Assembly: GCA_965637545.1 (NCBI GenBank)
Contig: OZ281496.1
Coordinates: 3,224,001 to 3,288,000 of the forward strand
Source of the DNA: Phallusia mammillata
Taxonomy: Eukaryota
Direction: 5' to 3'
Length of the DNA: 64,000 nucleotides
Shown here piece after piece: positions 14,229 through 27,656 of the stretch. The notes under the pieces are model-generated. The model did no database searches, had not been told where the DNA came from, and saw only the letters and a program-made list of their open reading frames with translations. The position numbers and the translations under genes are program-made. Each line of letters begins with the position of its first letter. Position 1 is the stretch's first letter.

Positions 14229-15291
14229 TGTTTAGGTTTTTGCACACAAAAAATTCTAATACCATCAACTATACCTGTTAATATATAACACAAATTCATT
14301 TCTAAAAATAATAATTTGCCAATTTAACTTGCAACTATACACATTTGCACATGTCCTAGAGCAGGGTTTTCAAACTTTTTAGCAAAATCGCCCCCTTTCT
14401 GAGACACTAGATCAAAAATGCTACACTATGAGAATGTTAGTTTGTATAAAAGTTTTCTTGAGCAGATGTGGACAATTAGATCACTCTGCAAAACGAAAAC
14501 TTCAGTTAACAGCTAAAATCTAATTTAATTTCAACTGCAACACCCAAGGTCCATTTCACGCAATTCTAACGTGTCTGGGAATTTTTGTTTAATTTTTACA
14601 GAATCCTATACATTCAACTTCAGATTAGACTAGATTTACCAAATGGAATGATACAAATACTTCGCAGTTTGGAAAGTGCTTGTCGCCATAGGAGGCTTAT
14701 AGGAAGTGTAAAAGCGAAACAAGTATGGGGGAAAGCCCCTTACCGTGATATTTTAAAGGTATGGCCTGTTACCATACATAGCCTTAAAAGTGTCCTCTGT
14801 GGCAATATAATGCCCAACCTTGCTCTCGAGATCACTAAATACAAATGTTACGGAATTATTTTGGTAACCTCAAAATTTAGAGAAAGTTGTTTGGGTGCGA
14901 GATCTTTAACGCTAAACCTTCCCAACTGTCCCGATTGTATTCTAACACTCGAGGCTACCTCCCTAATTCGTAAAACGGTCCAAGACCCTGCAGTAACGGC
15001 TTATCGCTAAAACCAATTGTTACAACGGTGACTTTACTACTGGCCAAAAACAATATATATTGTAAAAAAAAGTAAAAGTACAAAAAAAGATATTAAAGTG
15101 AAAAAGGGTGAAAATAGAACACAAGAAGACAACAGCGGAAAAACAAGTAGTGAAAAGAATAACGTGAAAATAAATACGGCTAAACAAAACTAACAAACAT
15201 TATGAAATAAACAACTAGTATATTAATGGGTAAATAAAGTTGCAGTGAAAAGCAAGTGCAATTATTAAATATTGAATAAGGGTATATCAAA

Positions 15292-18200
15292 CTAAATAAC
15301 AAAGTGAAACTGCTTGTCGGAACCACGTGCTTGTTCACGTGAAGCTACATCTTCTTCGTGACGCTTCCCAACAATTTCGTCTCCATCGTTGTTCTCATCA
15401 AAATTGGCCGATGTTTTCTTCAAGCGATTGAAGTGCACTACTTGGGTTTTGCCGGTTTGATCAACAATCTTGTAGTTGACAGGTCCTTGCTTCTCTACTA
15501 TCTGAAAAGGACCTTTATAGGGCAGGTGAAACTTTCTACATTCGTCCGGCGCCACAACCGGGTTTTCCAACAAGACTGAATCGTTAACATTAAGGGTGTC
15601 ACTGCTTTGCTTACTGTTATATTGCTTCTCTATTTGCTTGCGCTGACACTGGAGCGTCTCGCGTGCCACTTCCCTGGCAAGTGCCAGCTGATCTCGGAGT
15701 CCTTCCAGATGGACCAATGGCGACTGCTGGTCATGCGGCGAAGGCTCATGTATCAGGTCAGCGGGTAGACGCAAAGGACATCCTGTAAGCAAGTAGTGGG
15801 GAGCGAAGCCTGTGCTTTCGTGCCGACTGGAATTGTATGATGCTACCACCACTGACAAGGCCTCATCCCAGTGCTTTCCATCATGTTGAACATAATTTCG
15901 TAGCATGTTTAAAATTGTTCGGTTATCCCTTTCTACTCCGCCATTTGCCGAAGGCCGGTACGGGGTACTTCGGGTTTTCTTGCAACCCATCGGGCGGGTT
16001 AGTTCCTGAAACAGTGCGCTTTCGAAATTACCGCCCTGATCAGAATGGACTACCTCGGGGACCCCGTGGACGGTAAACCAGCGATGAAACAGCAAATTGG
16101 CTGTTTCTGTCACTGTTTGGTGACGCATGGGCCAAGCCCGGACGTACTTTGTGAACAAATCGCACGCGACAAGGACATAATGGTAACCAGTCCTCGTCAA
16201 CGGAAAAGGGACCATCACGTCTATCTCAATCCGTTCTAAAGGCCGAGTCTCTTGAGAAGGGACTAAAGATGCGCGTAGTTTTGTACTTGGCTTCTTATTT
16301 GATGCACATTCGGCACAACGGCGACAAACCTGCTCGACATTGTGGCGCCATTTTGCCCAATAAAATCTTTCTGACACTTTACTAAGTGTTTTCGCAATGC
16401 CAAGATGGCCGCCTCCATGAGATTGAACGTGTAACGCAGCTAGAACAGTAGGGCGCATAGCAAAGGGAACCAACATACGCTCTGTTCTGCCGTCGAGTCT
16501 AACCGAGTCCTCATCTCGGAGGTACAATATGCCGTTCCGACTAAACACACTTCCGAAAAGCGACCAATAATGTCGAATCGTTGGAGACATTCGTTTCACG
16601 GTTTTAAACTTGGCCCGGACACCCCGATGCAACCAACTAGCAACTACCCTCAGGTCGGTATCAGCCCCTTGAGCTTCTCTAATTTCGTCGAAGCTACAGC
16701 CAAGAATAACGCGAAAATTCACATTACACACTTCCGACGCACCTCCCGCCTGCCGCACGGGATATGGAAAGTCCGGGTCACTTTCGGGCTCAAGTCTACT
16801 TAGAGCGTCTGCGTTCCCATGTTTTACTCCCGGTCTATGAACCAACTCAAAGTTGTTTTCGGCTAGGTGCTCGACCCAACGCGCGCATTGGCCGTAGAGC
16901 TCTCTAGATTTCCATAGCCATCGCAAAGAAGCGTGATCTGTGCGCAGAATAAAACTGTTACCCAGTAAATAACAGAGGTATAGTTTCGTAGCAAGGATCA
17001 CAGCCAACAATTCCTTGCGGGTGGTCGAATAATGCCGTTCAGCTTTACTCAGGCTCCTACTACCATACGCGATCACATGCTCTTTGCCTTCGATCTCTTG
17101 GTTTGGAAAGCAACATATTGCATAGTCAGAAGCATCAGTGTCTAATATAAAGGATCGCCTGAAGTCTGGGTACTGTAGGATTGGTGCGTTGGTCATTATA
17201 TGTTTAAGCACAGAGAAAGCACGTTGGCAACTCTCGTCCCAGTCAAAGTTCTTCCCCTTTTCAGTAATCCGGTGTAGCGGGGATGCGATCTGCGCATAAT
17301 TTTCGACAAATTTGCGATAATAGGATGTCAATCCCACGAATTGTCGAACGTGCTTAACAGTTGTGGGAATAGGCCAATTTGCAACAGCGCGAACTTTTTC
17401 GGGGTCGCACAGGATACCCGCCTTGGAAACAACATGGCCGAGAAAATTAACTTCGCTCTTGAAAAGGCAACACTTTGAAGGCTTCAAAGTTAACCCTGCG
17501 GACTCCAATCGTCTTAAGACCAAATCTACGCGGGCTAGATGTTCTTCAAATGTGCGCGCATTTTTAATATTATTACGTCGTCCAGGTATGCAAGAACTCC
17601 ATTCAACCCCATTAAGGACGATACGCATTAACCTTTGAAAGCTGGCAGCTGCATTGCATAAACCCATCGGCATTACATTAAACTCGAATAGACCCATGTG
17701 GCTAGCGAATGCTGTCTTTTCGCGAGATTTTGGGTCCATAGGAATTTGCCAATAACCTGATTTAAGGTCGAACGTGGAGAAATAAACGGAACCGGCCATC
17801 TCGTCTAAACTATCGTCTATACGCGGTATGGGATAACTGTTCTTTTTGGTGACGGCGTTAAGGTCACGATAATGGATACAAAATCTTAAGTCACCTAACT
17901 TTTTCTTCACAAGAACAATTGAACTGGACCAGGGAGACGTAGACGGACGGACTAAACCTTGTTTGCGCATTTCATCGATGATCTCTTCAACTTTGTGCTT
18001 GTGACGTTGCGGCATCCTCCTAGGAGCTTGGCGCACTGGTCGAGCATCTCCTGTGTCAATAAAATGCTGCGTAATACTAGTTTTGCCAAGATCAGTTGCG
18101 GATGTAGAAAAGGCGCGCGTATGTGCCGACAGAACTTCAAGCACTTTGCGCATTTGGTCTGCAGTCAATTCATCACTCATATTTACCCCGGAGACTATAT

Positions 18201-19503
18201 TTCGCCAATGTTCATCAACCTGGCCGTCCTCTGCTTTGTGTGTGACGCTGGAGTTTCGGAAGTCTGCAAACAGTCGTTACAACTACATTTAGCAACATTG
18301 GCACCTAATAATACACGAAATGCGGGGTTGTAACATTGTACGTGGCCAAAAGTATTTGTATCCTTAGCTAACTTTATGTATTTGTATCCTTAGCTAACAA
18401 CCTAAAATGTTCGCAGGTCATATTAGCAATCGTGCCGTTTGCAGCAACCAGGCCAAAATTAGTTGGACACGACTCTAGGTTCATATTACCAACGTTAGAA
18501 AGTTTTCGCCGCAAGTGTTCGGATAACAAAGATACAGTTGCCCCCGTGTCTACTAAAGCACATACCGGCACGTTTTCGGTCACAATCTCAATAAACCGCG
18601 GTAACACTTGCTTTCGGTGGACGGTCGGAGGGTCAGGGAGTTGTTTGGTAGTCGTCATGGCTTTTGTGGGGGCCAGTCTAGAGGTTGCTCTGAGCACAGA
18701 AGAATAATTAAGGTTTTGTTTATCAACCGGTTGCATAGGAACGCGTAAACAGCGCGTCGTTTTTTTACCACGGTAACACTGGTGTTGGAGATGACCGGAC
18801 TCTCCACAATTAAAACACCTCCGCTGGTTAAAGGGTCGGGAAGGGCGCACATCGGAACGATGTTGAGCCAACGCCAGCGACCGAACCTGTTGCTGCAGAT
18901 TCTCGCACTGGGTTTGCAAACTCGCAACAGTGCTTGTTAAATGTTCTGTGTTTTTGTGTAAACCCTGCTTCAGTTCATTCAGGGTAGTAATTACAGTATT
19001 GTCAAAATCGCGTTTGTCCTCTACAGACGTAGTGACTGTTGCGACAATTGCCGTGGGTTGTTCCTTTAAACCAACTCGGAAGCGGCCCAAAAGTCACGCT
19101 TATGGTTTAATCAATTCGAAATATTAGCGGCAAGGTTTTGATCTAACAGTCCAGACAACAACACAGTGTACATTACTTTTCTCTTGATGTTTTCTTCCTT
19201 TTCCTCGGGGTACGCTTTGTTTCCCAGCTCCTTGATTGCACGCACAAATTCTCGGGGCGTTTCGCGAGGCATCTCCCGACGTGTAATCAATCGATGGCGC
19301 AGTTTATGCAAGTAAGCGCCGCCGGTACTGTTCTTTAGAGCTCGCTCGATAATAACTGAGTAATCCAGGTTGTATACGGAACGGTCCTTGCCTTGTATTC
19401 TCCAGCGGAGCTCGTCATCAATAGTAGACAGGACACTAGGTTTACCTCGCCACTGTAACTTAACTGGGCTAATAATACCATTTATTATGCGAACATAAAA
19501 CAA
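15292..19503 (-). mobile_element. Decayed Ty3/Gypsy retrotransposon internal region (gag, zinc knuckle, protease, RT, RNase H, integrase)
   Basis: 19111-19503 is gag-like. 18374-19090 contains CFNCGESGHLQHQC and LVDTGAT. 15292-18180 contains RT (SPWSSSIVLVKKK, DLKSGYWQ, FNVMPMGL), RNase H (LDTDAS, TDHASL) and integrase (H-H-C-C, SDQG, NGGVER) in Gypsy order. No LTR pair was found. Confidence 0.92.
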
Positions 19504-20028
19504 CTCAGATAGTAATCGGTTGTGCAGCTGCGACCTCCGCCTTTAGTACGTTTTCGTATCCTATGTGGTTTAGGAAATTGCCAGTTTAAGAAATTACGTT
19601 CACAGAGGAATCCCTGCCGTGCAGAACGGTGGAACAAAGTGACGCATTCATGTTTATTACACAATGCCTGTCGACGACGTATGTCTCTGCTACTTTTCAT
19701 TTGTGTTATTACTTGTGCGGTTTTTCAACGGGACTCTTTGTTTACTTTGAATAGACTAGAGCAGCTTTCGTGTTCGAAACTAAGGTGTTATAGAGACCAC
19801 ACAACAAGTGAAATATCTATTTTTCACACCATAGCGATCCAACAGAAACCACAGGTATAAAAACGAAACATTAACCCGTAAAATAACGTTTGTTTACACA
19901 ACACGCCAGATGACGATTTACATCGCAATAAGCGTTAACGAAAATCTTGTTGCAACAAATTGAACTTTTTTCATTTGAAGTAACTGATCAAAGTCTTAAG
20001 TTTAAAGAGCTCTTCTGGCAAATGTGAT

Positions 20029-20084
20029 TTTATTCCGACGTTTCGACGTCCTATACAGGTCGTCTTCATCAGGGTAAATAACAC
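20029..20084 (-). ncRNA. Minimal type I hammerhead ribozyme (family 2), complete
   Basis: The minus strand reads GTGTTATTTACC CTGATGA A GACGACCT-GTAT-AGGACGTC GAAA C GTC GGAATAAA. Confidence 0.8.
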
Positions 20085-20144
20085 TGAATGCGACTAGTAC
20101 AGTGCACGATAAACAAAGGAAAAAAGAATAGAACGCAAGCACGT

Positions 20145-20190
20145 CCCTGATGAAGACGACCTGTATAGGACGTCGAAACGTCGGAATAAA
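20145..20190 (+). ncRNA. Hammerhead ribozyme core (family 2) with truncated 5' strand of stem I
   Basis: CTGATGA at 20147-20153, same stem II and GAAACGTC as the minus-strand copy, but only CC remains of the 5' stem I strand. Confidence 0.65.
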
Positions 20191-20736
20191 ATCACATTTG
20201 CCAGAAGAGCTCTATAAACTTGATACTATGCCTGGCAGCAATAGCTTATATATGATCAAAGTCTTATTAGTGCACAGTTTTAATATGGTCCTTGTGTTGT
20301 CCGGGACGTTATAATCTGTAAGTAAATAACAACATAAAATTGGCCCTACATTTGGCAGGCTTTGGAAAGACGTAATCTCAAAACTCACTGCCAAGCCATA
20401 AGAAAAGCATCAAGCAATTTTCGATTCAGCGATATGTTGCGTTATAGTTGACAGGGTTTAAACAACTAAAATAATTTTTTTGGTTGAATTATGACAAGGT
20501 TCAACATTTGCTGTTCTGTGTGGACATTTTTCTGAAGTTTTCAACTATTTGCAAGATTCAAGTTCGGGAAATGTTTATTTCCAGGCTAAAATCAGTGTTG
20601 ACAGTGCTGTAAAAACAAATTAATTTCGCTAAAAAGCATCTTCAGTGTCTTATTCAAATAGAATATATTTGCAATAAATTTGAAATGCCTTAAATCTGCA
20701 GTGTTTTTTCTAGAGTATGTATCATAATGTGTTTTA

Positions 20737-21520
20737 TCAATGGAATTTGTCTTTATCGTGTGTCGTTATGTGACTTTTCAAACTCCCACTTGCGGTGAAG
20801 CATTTTTACCAAACATCACATCGATAAGTTTTTTCTTTGGTGTGTGTCACCATGTGCCTTTTCAAATTTCCACCTTGCTTGAAGCATTTTTCACAAACAC
20901 AACATCGATGAGGTTTTTCTTTGGTGTGCGTCAACATGTGCATTTTCAAGTGATCACGTCGGTTAAATCTTTTTTCACAAACACCACATTGATGCGGTTT
21001 TTCTTTGGTGTGTGTCAACATGTGTGTTTTTACATTTCCACTTGTGTTAAATCTTTTTTCACAAACACCACATCGATGCGGTTTTTCTTTGGTGTGTGTC
21101 AACATGTGTATTTTTAGGTTTCCACCTTGGTTAAATCTTTTTTCACAAATATCACATCGATAAGGTTTTCGATTGCTGTGAGTCAACATGTGCGTTTTTA
21201 AAACTTCAACCCGACTGAATCTTTTTTCACAAACTTCACATCGATAAGGTTTCTCTTTGGTGTGTGTCAACATGTGTCTTTTCAAATTTCCACTTTCGCT
21301 GAAGCGTTTTTCGCAAACAATGCAGTGATGAGGTTTTTCTTTGGTGTGTGTCAACATGTGCCTTTTCAAACTTCCACCTTGCTTGAAGCATTTTTCACAA
21401 ACATAACATCGATGAGGTTTTTCTTTGCTGTGCGTCAACATGTGCATTTTCAAGTGATCAAATTTCCACTTATTTCAAATATTTTGCACAAACATCACAT
21501 TTATATAGTTTTTGTTTAGT
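20737..21520 (-). pseudogene. C2H2 zinc-finger tandem array, decayed at both ends
   Basis: Seven intact 28-aa fingers with TKEKP linkers lie in 20806-21453. The flanking fingers carry stops (CAKYLK* upstream; CDVW*KCF downstream). No effector domain is visible. Confidence 0.8.
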
Positions 21521-21646
21521 GTGACACAATCATACAATAAGAATACTACGTGAAAGAAAGTTACAACTTGCAACCTCAGTTCCGTAATACTTTTCAATTA
21601 ACTTATGTGTGTAACTACAATCCTAATACTCGAGTATTGTTTAAAC

Positions 21647-22157
21647 CAGTGGTTCTTAACCTTTTTGGTGTGGTTTCCCATGAAAGTTAATCACCAAGTT
21701 CGAATTTCCCCCTCTGTTATTTTTATAATCATGTTTTGTGCCCTACATTAACAAAAACATTCTTTAATCGTGATAATTTTGTGAAGCGATTTGGTCACGA
21801 TCTTAATTGGTCACGACACTGCAATCTTATTTAGTTTAAATAGTGATTTCGTGACATGTGATTGCATCAGTCATTTCTGGCATCACAATCAACAGATCAA
21901 ATGCATTTATTCGCGAACAATAACACAGTCATTGATACTTGTGACGTAACAAACGATTTTTGAATTTTTATGCGCCTTGTTAAACTAGGTGAAGTTAATC
22001 TTATGTGTTGTTGCGGAAAATAGTGTATTAAATTAACTTTCAACGGTTAAATTCAACTCACGGGCCCGAGTTTGGTGACTTCTGACTACCATAATTTTCC
22101 TCCAAAAACATTAAATTTCCCACTGGTGGGAGATTTCCCACCGGTTAAGAACCACCG
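21647..22157. mobile_element. hAT-type MITE
   Basis: TIRs CAGTGGTTCTTAACC / GGTTAAGAACCACCG with a perfect 8-bp TSD GTTTAAAC (21639-21646, 22158-22165). Confidence 0.9.
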
Positions 22158-23429
22158 GTTTAAACCTAACCGATGTCAAATGGCTTCGCAATGCGGACAG
22201 CTGTGCATCAATTTCCTTTTCCAGCGTGTCCGATTACAAGCATCATTTATATCGGTCACAACTTGGGCCAAACAACTGATCGGACATATTTCTGTGGCAC
22301 TGTTGAAATAGCCAAATCGTTCATACAGTATTAAATCAATTTAACCTACAAAGGTAACCGAGCAAATGTAATTATTTTCGCTGAAATATGTTTTATGTTC
22401 AAAAGTTCTGATCTGTGCTTAAAGCGGTCGATGTCACATATGCAATACATTTGTTCTATTCAAGACAAGTCATTGTTTCTTTAAGAGAAATGGGTCTTGA
22501 ACTTTTTCAAACCCTCGAAATTACAACAGATGTGCAATAAATCAAAACTAGTATACACGCAACAGTTAAAGTGATTTAGCTTGTTGTAAAAGTAAACTGA
22601 AGTGATCCTGTGTTCAAAACAAACCTATAGATGCATCAAGCCAACAAATATTACATATCAGTGTTTCCAAGTATCAACACTTAAGTCCAATGACATTAGA
22701 ACCAGGTGTAATAATAATTCCACGTCGCTTGTTTGATTCAAACTGCAATTGTGTAACGCCCTTAATGGCATTTTTACTTTTCCGAATCTAACCCAACATA
22801 ACAGACCAGTGGTAAAATGATTGAAACGGTGTGTTCTAAACATAACAGACATAGAATTTGTCCTCTAAAATCTAACTATTAACACGCTAGCTTTCTCTCG
22901 CTACTGCAAACCTAAACTGAGCTACAAAGTCCACTTGTTGCGCGTAAACGAAGTAATTTAGACATTAACGGGTAATGCAGCTGCGACATAGGGCTTTACC
23001 ACGTTCTCGTATTACAGGAAGCAATTCGACGCATGGCCAGATTAGCTAGCTTCCACGAAGTTAGAAACTAAGAGAACAGGCAACTGTTGGGATTTTAAAA
23101 TTGATTTCATAAACAATTAAACCATTAAGACTGATACGCAAACATTTAACATAGTTTAATCCCACTACTACACACCAAGTGACGATTTACAATGCGTTAT
23201 TTTGTTTAGCGATATTGATATTAAAAATACAAATATATTCGCTGTTTAAGTACAGAAGATTTCAACATTATTCTTTAATGTGAATCAATATGTGTGTTTC
23301 CTTGTTTTACAAACATCACATCCAAGAGTCTGTATGAACACAAGTCGTGCAACGCTTTGTTACGCGATAAACCCTCGTGGAGCAATTTTGTGCCACAATA
23401 ATGGGCCGTTGCAAACTTTAGACAAGTAC

Positions 23430-23593
23430 CAGCGGTGGGATTCAAATTTTTTGTTAGCCGGTTCTATCACAAAGTCATATTTTTTTAGCCGGTTCTGTTA
23501 TAAAATGCATAATGCTAACCGGTTCGTTGATCTCATAAAATTTCGTGAGACGGTTCTATTGAACCGGTGCGAACCGACTGAATCCCACCACTG
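23430..23593. mobile_element. Short MITE
   Basis: TIRs CAGCGGTGGGATTCA / TGAATCCCACCACTG with internal CCGGTTC repeats. No TSD is recognisable. Confidence 0.6.
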
Positions 23594-26500
23594 GGTTTAC
23601 TGCATATCGTTGGTAAAGAAACCTATGCTATGCAAGTCGACCACGGGAGGGCAATATAGACACATTAGTATGGTGTTGTTTTTTATACCGACTTCTTTTA
23701 TGTTTCAATGATGACAAAAAAATCTCGGTATAGATCTGCACACGACACCTAGGAGGGAACTAGTTCAATTTCCATTATTTATACCAGGGGTCACCAAACT
23801 CCGGCCGGCGGTCCGGATCCGTCCGTCGGCCTCGTTTTATTCCGCTCATGAAAGTATTTTTTGTTTAACAAAACGTGTGAAAAGTTTTGTAACGTATTAC
23901 GTTAAAGATGGTACAAACCTCTATTTGTAATTTTTGTAATTTTATCTGGACAAACAGAATTACAACGCATAGGTATGATTCAAAAGCGGTTTGTAAAATC
24001 ACAGACAAGAGCAAAGAAAAGTGATTATGCGCGAACAAGTGACTTCCTTTGTTACTTGTCATAGAATTTGTTTGGTTACTTGTAAAAGAAATAGGCACAC
24101 TAATAAATTCTTCGTAATTTTAGTTGGACAGCGGTTGCGGAGCATATGAATACAAATAAATTGTGGAAAGACAAAAATCCTTAACCGTCCCGTCAAAACT
24201 GCCTTGCGAGTTCCAATTTGGGAATAGCTGCGCAAGGGCTTGTAAGCCATCCGGCCCTTGTGCGTGATTATTAAAATAATCCGACCTGCTGTTTATACAA
24301 TGCAAAATGTATTTTCTGAATGTTGTCCCTACTCTTCACGATGTGGACGTTTCGGTTCCGCAAATGGAATACTATGACATAATTTTAACTGTATAACTGT
24401 GTATAACTATAAATAACTGTATCCAACTCAAAAATCAAAAGCACAATATATAAATAAGAACCTGTGTTGCGACGAACAGCGAATATATTGGTATGGTACC
24501 TCTTGTTTATAGCGTTTGACTTCATACAAATTGGAAGTCACTGCTTTTCAATCTATTCGTATGTTTGTTGGTTCTAATTAAGCCTTACCACATTTTTGAG
24601 TTTGCAAAGTAAACCTCAAAAAGAGAAGAAATCGCTACCAAACCATTCAAATCTCGATGGATGAAACTTTGTTGTGGATATGAATAACGCGACTTTGTCT
24701 GTTTAGACTTGGATTTAACACTGATTGGGTTTATTCTTGTTTGAAACCGGAAACTGATTGGATATAAAGGGTTAAGAAACTGTACTTTTCCATCCTTATT
24801 TAAACGTTATTGGAGACTTGTTGATACACTTTCTATGCTTCTTTAAAAAGATTACATTAGGCAAATTACCTCCTTGTTCCATAATGCTGTTGCAAAGATT
24901 ACTATGTTGAAAACCAAACACAATTTATATTTAAAAGAAGATGGCCCATGTGCAGAAACCCTAAACTCATCTAAAAAATTAATATTAAATACTTTGGAAA
25001 CTTTGGCACAAACAAAAACACAGTTACAAGCCTCTATATATCAGTAAATTTGGTTGATTATTTAAACTTTCTAACAGCAAACAGTTATTATTCTTTCAAA
25101 CAGCACACGATGTAAAGCTGGAAAAGCCTAAACTACAAGTAACACACTCCAGTAATCGCCTTACAAACTGAATGCACAAGGTACATGACGTTGCACAACA
25201 ATAAACACAGCTTGCGTAAAGGTAATAGTAATCACTTTCGTTTGCGCGATATATTTACGACATGTACAACTAGCGACTGTTACTTTTTACCGACGACCGC
25301 AACAGGTTACGACAGACTGCCAGTAAAACCAAGATGGTTGCTTTACTAAAACTATTTTGTTCATGAAACATTGCCTTTGAAACGACGTAAATTTTTGTTG
25401 TCCTACTTTAGCATCATAATGGAAAACAGACAAAAATAAACTTTGTTGCGTACCAAGTTGCAAATACTTTCACTACGCTACTTTGTCTCGCGCCTAGTTT
25501 ATGCGTGAGTAAGGACTTTTCCTTTCCTGTCCGCTATACAGCAGGATAACTGAGGTTTTCGTCTCTTTAATTGGTCACAAGCATTTACACTGCAAACGAC
25601 CTAATACAAAAACAGTGATTTAGCAAATAAACTGTACAATACTTTCGAAATTGATTTAGCGAGTCAATTCGGAATCGTTAAGAAAAACATGTACTAATAT
25701 CACATGCAGTGTACTCATATCACATGCGTTTTTATGACCTTATCAATAGTTTTTTTTTACAGCTGGAACCATATTTTCTAATTAGATCTAAATGCTTTTG
25801 CGGTTCATATGGCTGTAGTATTAACTAGTATTTTCATAAACAAACACAAATATTTAAATGATATCAGGAAATAAACGCAATCCCTCAGCAAATCTGAAAC
25901 TTAAAACATCAAAGACATGTCATCAGAAATATCTATTACAGCAAAGTGATAAACATTTATGTTTGAAACAAATTCAAGTTCTCAAGCACAAAACATAATT
26001 ACAACCCTCTATAAATCATACAACACATTAGGTGACAAACCAGAAAATGCTCCTAAATCTGAGTTGAACGTGATACGCTATAAGCTATGCTATACAACAG
26101 ATGGCTTTGGCAAACAGAATATTTATTGTTCGAGTATGCGTGACGATGTTCGACATGTACAAATAACAACTTACTTTTTACGCCTACGACAGATTTACTT
26201 TTTTACGCCTACGACAGATTTACGAGTGACTGCCAGTAAAGGCAATATTGTTGCTTTACTGCAATAGTTCTATTTACATAGGTTTTTTCGAGTTAAAATC
26301 AAATTTTAGTCGTGACGTACTATCATCACAATAACAGAAAATAGACAGAATAACATCGTTGCGTATTTCTCTGTAATAACTTTTCCTACATGAGTTCCAA
26401 AAAGTATTATTAACTTTCGTGCGTGAAGACTTTTGTTTTGCTGTCGGCTTTACGGTGTAATATCTTCACTGTTTGTCTGCTTGATTAGTCAAAAGAAATT

Positions 26501-27656
26501 ACAATATAAAGAGCCTGACACAAAAAGGCGTAAGGCTCCGGAATTAATGATTAACTGGTATAATACACTTCAGTTCATTGCGTCTCCCCTGGACTGACAA
26601 GCATATTCCAATTTGGCAAAAAAAAACAGTTCATCTGTGGTTGTAACAAAGTCGATGTTTTAAATTTGCCTGTTAATCGACCTTAAATGATATGTTTGGC
26701 ATTTGGTGGATGACAATAAATGTAGGATTGTTGACGGAATAAATGTTTTTATGCTCGAGTAGAAAGGCAACAGCTTGGTTCGGCAAACAAGTGGCAAAAA
26801 TGCGAACCCTATTTAATCAGATATAAGCTAGAAAATAAATTAAAATGATTTCAGGTAAATTGTGTACAATTACGTAAGCGGTGCGCTTTATAAATTCTGG
26901 ATGCGTGGAGTTATCCTACACAGCCATGCTCTTGCGATTGGTTCTTGCACAAAATTATATCATCGGTATCCAATCACAGCACAGTACAAAGCACAAAGTT
27001 AAATTGCGTAACCACCATATCACAAAGTCGCATCTGCATCCTTATTAACAGCAAAATCCTTATTAGCAAAAAAAATTCACAGATGTTGAATAAAACCGTT
27101 GCACCATTTGACTTCCTTGCGAGCTTTAAGCTAACAAGTTAACGAGTTAATTACGTAAGCTATCATTTCGAAATTTGAACAAATTATATCACAACCGCTG
27201 CAAGTACATGACAGTTGCGCAGATTTTCACTAACTGGGCACGTGAAGTGCATAGTTTTGGGAGATTTGTTTTTTTTACAAAAAAAAATCATGGTTTAAAT
27301 TGCCATGATAAATAATAGTTTTGATACAGCTTTTGTGATTCATGCATGCGGACAGAAACGGAAAATCGCATAGCGGTAAAAGTAAAAAACTCAACAACCA
27401 CACAATGTACATGCGATTAGTGAAGTTGCTTGGGTAATGACATAGTTGGCGGTTGAATGACCGTATATGTGTTACGTTATACAATAGAATAGGAAACACC
27501 GGTATTAAATATAAAACTAGAATTCAATTTCTTTAACATTGATAAAAACACGAAATTTGTAGACTATTTACATAAAATGATTACTAAATTTAGTTTTATT
27601 GCGCTTATAACCACCATTAGTTAGTTAGTTATGCTCGTATAACAACCGTTAGTTAG

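Larger units (their letters stand above)
19999..20252. mobile_element. PLE pLTR remnant: inverted plus forward hammerhead arms, 14-bp TSD (family 2)
   Basis: Arms 19999-20074 and 20145-20220 are reverse complements with 1 mismatch. TGATCAAAGTCTTA is duplicated at 19985-19998 and 20253-20266. Confidence 0.85.

Noticed and set aside
14560-19980. LTR pair, PBS and PPT for the Gypsy element
   Set aside because: No matching direct repeats were found between 14.6-15.3 kb and 19.5-20.0 kb. The TGTTAC/TGTAAC words present lack a polypurine tract or a partner.
20740-21519. Plus-strand ORFs over the zinc-finger array, and similar shadow ORFs opposite pol, the PLE ORF, ACAT1, the Gly-rich exons and the GPCR
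   Set aside because: These are antisense or alternate-frame by-products of repetitive or codon-biased coding sequence.
24120-24305. Protein-like minus-strand segment (QGPDGLQALAQLFPNWNSQGSFDG) and nearby small candidate exons in 22-27 kb
   Set aside because: No recognisable homology and no consistent exon chain could be built. An unannotated gene is possible but unsupported.
24648-24665. FIHRDL kinase catalytic-loop motif on the minus strand
   Set aside because: The flanking sequence has no other kinase motif, and no other kinase exons were found. It is treated as chance.
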